Below are positions 54,165 to 64,000 of a stretch of 64,000 bases of DNA, piece by piece. Positions within the stretch are counted from its first letter, which is position 1. Each line of letters starts with the position of its first letter. Both the position numbers and the translations under genes were made by a program. The DNA lies in NCBI GenBank assembly GCA_964016885.1, contig OZ024755.1, positions 1,922,001-1,986,000 of the forward strand. The letters are read 5' to 3'. Origin of the DNA: Eledone cirrhosa (Eukaryota). The notes under the pieces were generated by a model that was not told where the DNA came from, did no database searches, and worked only from the letters and a program-made list of their open reading frames with translations.

Positions 54165-54276
54165 ATGTTTATACACACACATTTATATATATCTATATGC
54201 TCATACATTTTCATATAGAGTTATCAATATACACACATTTCAAAATATCTTATGGATAGAGGCACACACATATGAA

Positions 54277-54440
54277 TGTATACATGTAAGTGTGGATATA
54301 TGTATGCATATGTGTATGTCTGGAATGTATACATGTAAGTGTGGATATATGTATGCATATGTGTATGTCTGGTATGTATACATGTAAGTGTGGATATATG
54401 TATGCATGTGTGTATGTCTGGTATGTATACATGTAAGTAT
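54277..54440 (+). repeat. ~50-bp tandem repeat, about 3 copies
   Basis: atgtatacatgtaagtgtggatatatgtatgcatatgtgtatgtctgg. Confidence 0.85.
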
Positions 54441-55532
54441 GCATGTGGGTATGTCTGCATGTGTGTATGTATATATGCATAAAGTGTGTGTGTATGTATG
54501 TATGTATGCATAATGTAAGTGTGTGTGTGTATACACAAAGAAAAAACAACAACAACAAAACAAATAATATATTATTAAGTCAATATTAGAAATCTCCAAA
54601 ACAACAAAGCCTCACACCCCCTCACCCCCAGTAATACATCAGGGAGGAGAGTGAGAGGAGGGCTAAGAAGAGGGGGTGGCAATTGTAAGAAGGGGGAGGA
54701 CAGAGGAAAGATGGATTCTGGGTTAGGAAAAGATAATCCTTTCATTCTTAGTTTCATTTTGTTTGTATTTATTGTATTTTGTTGGTGAATTTTTCAGTAA
54801 ATTTTTAAAAGTTAACATTGAAACTTCGACAATGTTATAAGGCTACATTGAAGTTAAAAGAAAAATATGGTTTAAAGAAGGTATTTAAACTGATCAACTA
54901 ATATAACAGTAACAACAACAGCAACAACAGTAACAACAACAACAACAGTAACAATAATAACAACAGCAGTAACAACAACAGTAGTAACAACAACAGTAAC
55001 AACAATAACAACAGTAAAAACAACAACAGTAAAAACAATAACAGTAACAACAACCATCATTATTATTATTATTATTTTCAAAAACACAAAAAAGCCAAGA
55101 ATCTTTCCAAGTTAAGAAAATAGTCTGAAAGTAGCTGAATATGGATTAATTCTAGATTTACAGCAGATGATGATATTTCTATATTGGTAGATATATATAT
55201 GGTACATATAGTTGTGAAGCTTATAGTTTAGATGACAGAGGAAACTACTATGTTGTGGCATTAATGCCTTTCCTAATGAGCAGCTATCACATTTGAAATG
55301 GTGGTTAGTGATAGGAAGGCATCCAGTTGTAGAAAGCTTGCCAAACAAAGGGTTGAGAGGAACCTTTAGTTGCGTCAAAAGACATGACAACCTCACCTGT
55401 GCACTCGGTAGAATGTGAGACTGTACTTAAATGAGATGCAGATCTCTGGCCTGCCTGGGAGATCTGCATCCAGTCCAGGGGCAGTCTTGAACCATCAGTC
55501 CCTTCATGCTACAGAAACTGGGACAAAACACT

Positions 55533-56324
55533 AGCTTGCGACAGGGTTTAAGTCTTCAGAGGTAGTTCTGTCTGTGGTGAGCCTCAGAGCTTGAGACAAG
55601 GTTTAAGTCTTCAGTGGTTCTTCTGTCTGTGGTGAGCCTCAGAGCTTGAGACAGGGTTTAAGTCTTCAGAGGTAGTTCTGTCTGTGGTGAGCCTCAGAGC
55701 TTGAGACAAGGTTTAAGTCTTCAGAGGTTCTTCTATCTGTGGTGAGCCTCAGAGCTTGAGACAGGGTTTAAGTCTTCAGAGGTTCTTCTATCTGTGGTGA
55801 GCCTCAGAGCTTGAGACAGGGCTTAAGTCTTCAGAGGTAGTTCTATCTGTGGTGAGCCTCAGAGCATGAGACAGGGTTTAAGTCTTCAGAGGTTCTTCTA
55901 TCTGTGGTGAGCTTCAGAGCTTGAGACAGGGTTTAAGTCTTCAGAGGTTCTTCTATCTGTGGTGAGCCTCAGAGCTTGAGACAGGGTTTAAGTCTTCAGA
56001 GGTAGTTCTATCTGTGGTGAGCCTCAGAGCTTGAGACAGGGTAGAGCTTGTGACAGGGTTTAAGTCTTCAGAGGTAGTTCTATCGGTGGTGAGCCTCAGA
56101 GCTTGTGACAGGGTTTAAGTCTTCAGAGGTAGTTCTATCGGTGGTGAGCCTCAGAGCTTGAGACAGGGTTTAAGTCTTCAGAGGTAGTTCTAACTGTGGT
56201 GAGCCCCAGAGCTTGAGACATGGCTTAAGTCTTCAGAGGTAGTTCTATCTGTGGTGAGCCCCAGAGCTTGAGACAGGGTAGAGCTTGTGACAGGGTTTAA
56301 GTCTTCAGAGGTAGTTCTATCTGT
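55533..56324 (+). repeat. 55-bp minisatellite, about 14 copies
   Basis: gagacagggtttaagtcttcagaggtagttctatctgtggtgagcctcagagctt. Confidence 0.96.
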
Positions 56325-56645
56325 CAATGTAGCTTATTTCACCACTACCACCATAACAATGGAGGAGGAGGAAGGTCAGGGAGAGGGAAAAAACAAGTGA
56401 ATGTGTCAGCATATCTAAATAAAGGAATGCAACAATGTCTGTCTCTGTGTGTGTACCTGTGTATGTATGTGTACCTGTGTCTATGTGAGTGTCGGTGAGT
56501 ATGTCTATGTGTGTGTGTGTATCTGCGCGTGCGTCTGTGTATGCCAGTAGAAGTGCATATATACGTATATGTAGCTTTTATTGCAACGGTGTGTGTTTGT
56601 ATGTGTATAACTCACACGCCCATGGACACAGACTCACTCATACAA

Positions 56646-56687
<42 letters not shown>

Positions 56688-57134
56688 CCTCCCACCCACA
56701 GATAGGTGTCACATCAATAACAATAAAAACAAAACAAAAAGATCTAAAAGTGACAGTTTAAAGATGGCAGTTATTTCTGTATTTTATGAGAAAAAGGAGC
56801 AGTGAGTCCCCTTTTAGAGAGAAAGAGTAGTCCCTGCAAATGGGTGGGAGGCTGAAGTTGAGAATTTTCCCTCCCTCCCTCCCAACAGGGAGAGCTTCCT
56901 GTAGGTGTGAGGGTGTCTAGGGAGGGGAGGGGCCATATTGAGATTTCTTTCTCTTCAAAGAAAGGGCAAAAGACACCAACTAGAACCCCCCCCCCCCACA
57001 ACTGAATAATAAAAAAAAAGAGACAGCCACCCCCAATCTTTAAGGCACAGGTTTATTATTTTCTTATTTTTTTCCCTTTGGATGTCTTTTAGACAGAACA
57101 TTAGGGTGGGGGAGGAGCTGATGGGCTGTTACAC

Positions 57135-57972
57135 ACACACACACAGATACATCATAAACACATACATACATACATCCATGCATGCATATATACATACATA
57201 CATAGATACATACATATATATATATACATACATCGATACATACATATATATATTATATACATACATACATCGATACATACATATATATATACATACATAT
57301 ATCAATATATATATATACACATACATACATACATCAATATATATATATACACATACATACATACATCAATACATATATATATACACATACATACATACAT
57401 CAATACATATATATATATATACACATACATACATCAATACATATATATATATACACATACATACATACATCGATACATACATCTATATATATATACACAT
57501 ACATACATACATCAATACATATATATATACACATACATACATACATCAATACATATATATATATACACATACATACATACATCAATACATATATATATAT
57601 ATACACATACATACATACATCAATACATATATATATATATATATATACACATACATACATCAATACAAATATATATATAAATATATATATACATACATAC
57701 ATCAATACAAATATATATATAAATATATATATATACACATACATACATACATCAATACATATATATATATATACACATACACATACATACATCAATACAT
57801 ATATATATATATATATACACACATACATACAATACATATATACACATACATACATCAATACATATATATATATACATACATACATCAATACATATATATA
57901 TACATACATACATCAATACATATATATATATACATACATACATCAATAAATATATACATACATACATACATA
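57135..57972. repeat. (TACA/TA) compound repeat punctuated by atcaat
   Basis: Directly visible. Confidence 0.9.
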
Positions 57973-58070
57973 TGCAAAGCTTTTTTAAAGAGAGATGAGA
58001 GACTGAGATAGAATTACAAAGAGATGGATGGATATACAGTTAAATAGATGGATGGGGGGGGGGGGTAGAT

Positions 58071-58108
<38 letters not shown>

Positions 58109-58144
58109 GGTGGGGTAGATGACAAGAGAGGGGGGGGGGTAGAT

Positions 58145-58179
<35 letters not shown>

Positions 58180-58539
58180 GGGGTAGATGACAAGAGATAA
58201 CTAGAGAGATGGTGGGGGTAGATGAATATATAGTATGAGATAAGAGAGAACTGATAGATTAGAAGGATATGACATTGAGAAATACTGTGGTAGGTAACGG
58301 CTTCCATGTGTAAATATAAAGAGACATGGTTTAGTGGTTAGAGTGTTGATATCAACCTGATTGTATTTTCATTGTTGCATTCTGTGGCATTCTCACTTAA
58401 CCAGTTTTCAATTTGTCACACCTTTAACGTATATATATATATATATATATATCACCACCCCACTCTCAAGAGCATGAAACTAATAAACCTTTGTTCGTAC
58501 AGCCTCTGTTTTGTTCCCGTTCAATTTTTTACTATATAT

Positions 58540-58584
<45 letters not shown>

Positions 58585-58912
58585 AAAGGTAAACAGAAAT
58601 AACAAGATGTTAGGTAATTCCAAAGGAAAAAAGAGTGCTCTATGTATAGAACAGAGCTATTTAATTAGAAAGTGAACAACACAAAATATAACTACTCCAT
58701 TACCAAAGATTTCTGGATCACAGATGATAATAATATACGTCTGGATCGGTCGTCAGACAGAGATCGTCTGTGATCCAGAAACCTTTGGTAACAGAGTAGT
58801 TATATTTTGTGTTGTTCAATTTCTAAATAATACAAATATATATATATATATAAAGACATTTTTTCCAATTCCACCCTACCCGTCCCCTCAATCTATCTTA
58901 TTTCTCATTCTT

Positions 58913-58948
58913 TCTTCTGATGAAGGACTAGCATCCGAAACGTTAAGA
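58913..58948 (+). ncRNA. Minimal hammerhead ribozyme motif (Penelope-type)
   Basis: TCTT-CTGATGA-A-GGA ctagca TCC-GAAA-CG-TT-AAGA: intact core, stem II GGA/TCC, palindromic ACGT stem III, stem I TCTT/AAGA. Confidence 0.65.
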
Positions 58949-61451
58949 TCCTCTTCCTGCTATATCAAGTGTTAACCTAATATATCCCTTCCATATACTG
59001 AACCGTTTGTGTTGTTATTTCTGTTTACCTTTTACATACATATATATACACATACTCCCATATATACAGTCATATTGATGAGTGTGCATATAAAATTCAT
59101 ATACCCCTACACACAAACATATTTATACATACATATACACCTACATACACATGTGCATAAAGAATTCATACATACCTACATACACATGTATATATAGAAT
59201 TCATACATACATATTTTTTTCACTTACACATATACCTACATATACACACACAATTTGTGAGTTATTTCATCCACATACACAGCTAGGTTTGACACTGGTT
59301 TATACTTACACACATACACATATAGATACATAGAGAGAGGCTGACAAAGACACACATTTATATAGACACAATGACGGTAGTCTGAAAACATCTTCAGTTT
59401 TTAATCAGCACTACTAAATATTCCAGACCATATTTATTCAATCTTTTCTTTGATTTCATGTTTCCACTCATTAATTATTTTTATTTACTTAAAAGCAAAT
59501 TCCAAGTTTTCACAATATATATGATAGGAAGATAAAAGTAATAGGAAAATATTTAAACAATATCCAAGAACAACGACAACAACAATGACAACAACAACCT
59601 AGACACAGTCAAGGATATATAAGATAAAAAAATTAATAAAATGAGCTGAAATAAAGACTTTTTGAAATTTCTGAAGATAATGATATCTTCGTGTGGGTGT
59701 CTGCAGCCAGATTTTTCCACCAACAAGGGAACCTCTATGTAGTTATTTGACCTACAGTTGGATGCCCTTCCCAATGCTAACCACATTACAGTTCTATATT
59801 CCTGAAATTGTTAAACAATTGCTTTATTAGACTGAGTATTTAACTAACTGCTAATAAACACAGGTTTAACCCTTTAGCATTCACATTACTCTATATTTAC
59901 TATTGTATTTTTGCAGTTAACGCTTTATCTCACATAATATCGAATCTACGAGATTTTGTTGATGTTATTTATGTTGAAAACAATACCTTAACATCAGTAT
60001 GAGTGGCTGGCTATGGCTGGTTTGAACAGAAAGAGGTGATAGAATTCTGGCTGGATACGACAGGTTTAAATCCACTGCTTGTGTTTTGTTATGATTTTAG
60101 GTAGAATGCTTTAGCTAGTTTCAGTTCACTTAACAAACAAACATAAGTATGAAACAATTTATGAATGTTACTGGAGAGATAGATCCACTGCTTCCCTACC
60201 TTGGAGAAGATTTATTTCCCAGTCATTTTTATGCCATGAAACCTTGAAAGGAAGAGCAGCAGGGTACAGGGAAAAGACATGTTCTACAGCTCAGTTAAGA
60301 TGACACTGGATTTTAAAAATATGGTTTATTTGATGAGCAGATCTTCAGAAGTTGTGATCTAGTAAGGTGAGATAAAACTACTGAAGAGATAAACAGAGTT
60401 GCAAGAGAATTAGATAAGATACTTTGTAGTAGTATCTGTTCTGGCTATTTGGATTCTGAGTTCAAATACTGTTGTCAGAGATAAATAAGACAAAGGAACG
60501 AAAGACTGGGAATTTCTACATAAATCAGTGAAGAGTTGCGAAAAGATTCAATAAACCAACAACATAAGCAATATTTGAACTCCGCCATTTTTTCTAACAT
60601 TCTACAGTTTTTACTATCTTTTCTGGTTATAGAGAGAACAACAATAACAACAACCCACTCAACTGTTAATACAGGAGGAACTGGCAGCGGGGATCAGATG
60701 AGATAAATAATAAAAAATGAGACAGCTCAAACAATACCAACAAGAACATCAACACCAATACCATCAACACCAACATCACCACCAACATCAACAATAACAA
60801 TACCATCAACATCAACAACAACACCAACAACATTATCGAAGTGAAACATCATTCTTTCTAGGCAAGCCACTTAAAAAAGTGTGAGAGGAGAAAGAATACC
60901 ATTACATTAACCTTGGTTGACCCAACAGTTGACCGACATTATTGAAAGGAAGGCAGGAGGTCAATGTTGGCATTAACAAAGAATTGTCCTGGACAAGTTT
61001 GTTTGGACATTAAAAACTCAAGTGTCAGTCTAAATATAGCAAGCTGCTTTTAGATAATTCATATTTATAAATGGGCTGTGTGAGTGTATGTGTGTACATC
61101 TATCTGTGCATAGATGTATGTGTGTATGGATGTGTGTGTGTGTGTGTGTGTGTGTGTACATCTATCTGTGCATAGATGTGTGTAAGTGTGTGCGTACATC
61201 TATCAGTACATGGATGTGTGTGCATATCTGTCTGTGTAAGCGTGTGTGTAGCTTGGTCGAGACAATTGCTACCTTTTATAGAGAATGTCTTCTCTACAAA
61301 AGGAGGAGTAAAAACCTTCTTAGATCTACCTACAGTTAAAGGAGGATGAAGAACTGGATTGGTAGAATTGGTATATTAAATATATCAATTGGTAGATTAA
61401 ATATATTAATAGAAAATAATAAAAAAGACAATCTTTTGGAGTGAAACTTAC

Positions 61452-61518
61452 CTGGAGGAACCGATAAAGTAAAAATGTAAACCAATTGCTAAGCATTTTT
61501 TCTGCTACTGATTCAGTT
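61452..61518 (-). CDS. PlexA: Plexin-A exon
   Basis: ttcag|A...CAG|gtaag; (R)TESVAEKMLSNWFTFLLYRFLQ; 67 nt. Confidence 0.95.
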
Positions 61519-62035
61519 CTGAAAATAGATGGAACAGAGAATCAGATAAAGTCTGATTATTCTGAGGATTTTAGGTCAATAATTGACTCCTCTCATTTGC
61601 AACATCTCTCTCTCTCTCTCACTCTCTTTTATTTTAACATTCTATAAGAGTTAACTGCAATTAAAAAAAAGCTTTTAAGGCAACAAGAACAACAACAACA
61701 GCAGCGTTTGGCAAGTTAGATTCACCAGAGAAACCCATAAAGAAACATCCTTATGGTTGCTCAAATTGCTAGATAAAGCAGCCAAATCTCCTTCAAATGA
61801 AATCCCACTTTCTTTAATATAAATATATTGGACAATATAGCATCTTCTATACAAAAAACCCCAAAAAACTAGATGAAAAACTAAATGATGATGATGGCTG
61901 CCTTTGACCCTAGGTCAACTTATGTGGATGATTTGAGCTTAAACAAAAGCAACAACGAAAAGCAGTCATACACAGCTAAAGTACACACACACACACACAC
62001 ACAATGTAAATTGTATTCCTTTAAGCATTACTTAC

Positions 62036-62113
62036 CTTCGGAGCAGTAATTTGGGGTGATTATTGCCTTCTATTGAACGTTTTATTAAATCCTCCAGCAA
62101 AGTTTTTAGAATA
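62036..62113 (-). CDS. PlexA: Plexin-A exon ending at the GAP arginine motif KLLLRR
   Basis: ttcag|T...CGAAG|gtaag; (S)ILKTLLEDLIKRSIEGNNHPKLLLR(R); 78 nt, phase 2-2. Confidence 0.94.
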
Positions 62114-62324
62114 CTGAAATGACAAAACAAAGTTTCAAATTGAAATATTTATTGAAGAAACCTTCATAAAACACCTGAGATACTTAAATTGTTTCAACTA
62201 TTTAATCCCCAATTACAGTAGATAGATATTACTGGAGGACCTTGTGATTTTGGTGCATTAAAGTTGATGTAATATCACTAGTTCCACTGCACAGTAAGAA
62301 ATGGACACAATATGTACTGACAGC

Positions 62325-62516
62325 CGCTTAATGCCACAGAAACCGAGATAAGCAGTGGCCTGATGAGCCTCTGAGTTTGAGACAGGCTTTAGTGCTGCGA
62401 TGGACTGGCATCCTGTCCAGGGGAGGGGGAGTCTTGTACACACAGTCGCTTAGCACCACAAAAACCGGGATAAGCGCCTGCTTGATGTGCCTCTGGGTTC
62501 AAGACCAACTTTAGAC
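62325..62516 (+). mobile_element. SINE 3' domain (partial tandem of two)
   Basis: ctgcgatggactggcatcctgtccagggg...gtcgctt...aaaccgggataagcgcc; related degenerate copy at about 55460-55530. Confidence 0.65.
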
Positions 62517-63023
62517 TTTTTCTTACACTAATTGTCAACAATTAGTATAAGAAAAAAAATTACATAATTTTATAAAAGATTATATAGTTTTTTTCTCAAA
62601 TAATGTTGAGGTTACAACCCTTATTAAGAGACAATAGGTTGTAATTTCAATTTAGTTGTATTTTATAGAGTTTTTCTAGTCACGCCTATATTCTCTCTCT
62701 TTATATTGTGGAAGTGAATATCATTTAAACTAAATTATCTTTTAGTGGCAATTACAGCACGGGGGGGGGGGGGGGGGGGTAGGAATTAGTGAAGAAAGAT
62801 GGAAATATAGGATGAAGTAAAGAGATAGAGGAGGAAAAATATATAGTGATAGGGAGATAAAAGATAGGTGGGAGAGTGAGAGAGAGAGAGGGAGATGTAT
62901 AGGTGGGGAGGGGGAGGGAGTGAGAGAGAGAGAGAAGAGTAGGTAAAAGATATGTAGAGAGAGAGAGAGAGATAAGCCAGAGAGATGTATAGGAAGAGAG
63001 TGGGAAGAGGGAGAGAAAGAATA

Positions 63024-63065
<42 letters not shown>

Positions 63066-63215
63066 ACCAGAGAGATGTATAGGAAGAGAGTGGGAAGAGA
63101 GAGAGAAAGAATAGGTGTGTGTGAGAGAGAGAGAGAGAGAGAGCACAACATTTTGATAATTGAAAAAGAAATTCTTTATGATAGAAAAAAAACTCCACTG
63201 AAAGCTGGATCTCAC

Positions 63216-63406
63216 CTGGTGGCATAAACCATGTCTGATTGCAAGGTAACAGAGATCAAAGATGCTACTTTGACTCGGTCCCGCATCGTAAATGACTGGT
63301 GAGCCTCCAGAGTGCGTATAAATGTTAACAAGAATGTTGCATTCTTTATCAACTGCATGAAAACCTGGAGAGGTTTGCTGCTTAAATTGCCTGAGTTGAG
63401 TTGATA
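63216..63406 (-). CDS. PlexA: Plexin-A-like receptor, first exon visible in the window (GAP C1 segment); the gene continues beyond the window end
   Basis: ttgcag|TAT...ACCAG|gtgag; [63 protein letters not shown] resembles plexin-A FLLxFIRTLE..FSMRDR.NVASL; 191 nt, ends phase 2. Confidence 0.93.
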
Positions 63407-64000
63407 CTGCAAAGAGAAAGAAGAGAGAAAACCAAATAAGCTTTTAAGATATTGGTAAACCAGAGTAAGACATATAATTATTATTATTGTTGAGGAAATA
63501 TATAAAATATAAAGATGTATTTAAGTGTCTGTAAAAGGGGTAAAGTCCCCCTTTGGTCAGAAATGACCATGGGTTGGTACCTAGAAAGATCTCCTCCAAG
63601 GTGTAAGTCCAGGCAATGTTGTCCAAAGGAAAGGTAATGGTTGATACACCTTGGCACCAGTGATGTCGTAACTCATGTCTACAGCTGAGTAAACAGGAGC
63701 AACCTGAAAGTAAATGTCTTGTTCAACCACCACCGCTACCACCACCACCATCACTACCACCACCACCGCTACACCCCTCCCCTCACCACAAGCATCCCAC
63801 CACCACCACCACAGCAACCTCCCATCACAACACTGTAGGTATCAATTTACCCACAATACATTAGATCTACTTTAGAGAGGAAATAAAAACAAGCAATCCA
63901 TTATGTAACACGGAAAATAATGGAGTCGTTGTCAATGAAAGGAAGTTCCTGTGAGAGTGTGTGAGTGTACATGTACATATACACACACACATATATGTAA

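Noticed and set aside
62360-62392. CTGATGAGCC as a hammerhead
   Set aside because: No GAAA; it is part of the SINE 3' tail

Overview
AT-rich, microsatellite-laden animal genomic DNA. The tRNA-derived SINEs, RTE/CR1/Penelope fragments and (TA)n/(CA)n load suggest a cephalopod (octopus-like) genome; this is an inference. The only supportable host gene is the 3' part of a plexin-A-type semaphorin receptor on the minus strand. I joined 14 GT-AG exons by hand (63406 down to 32362; 1668 nt, 555 aa plus stop) with consistent phases; they encode the intracellular split Rap-GAP domain and the Rho-GTPase-binding domain. Nearly all long ORFs in the supplied track are satellite artefacts. The rest is TE debris (RTE, CR1-like, Penelope, Ty3/gypsy, Tc1/mariner, piggyBac-like MITEs, SINEs) plus mini- and microsatellites. 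Most unusual features: (1) a 38-bp array of alternating inverted arms with independently flipped cores, built from the YLDD catalytic codons of a gypsy reverse transcriptase (27631-28067); (2) a microsatellite-poor mosaic at about 15.4-27.1 kb of direct and inverted local duplications carrying NRF1/YY1-like motifs, conserved splice sites, an ~82-bp palindrome-core repeat and paralogous hairpins; (3) an intronic element with 25-bp inverted ends that carries a minimal hammerhead-ribozyme motif (58581-59036). No CRISPR array, rRNA or true tRNA gene was seen.
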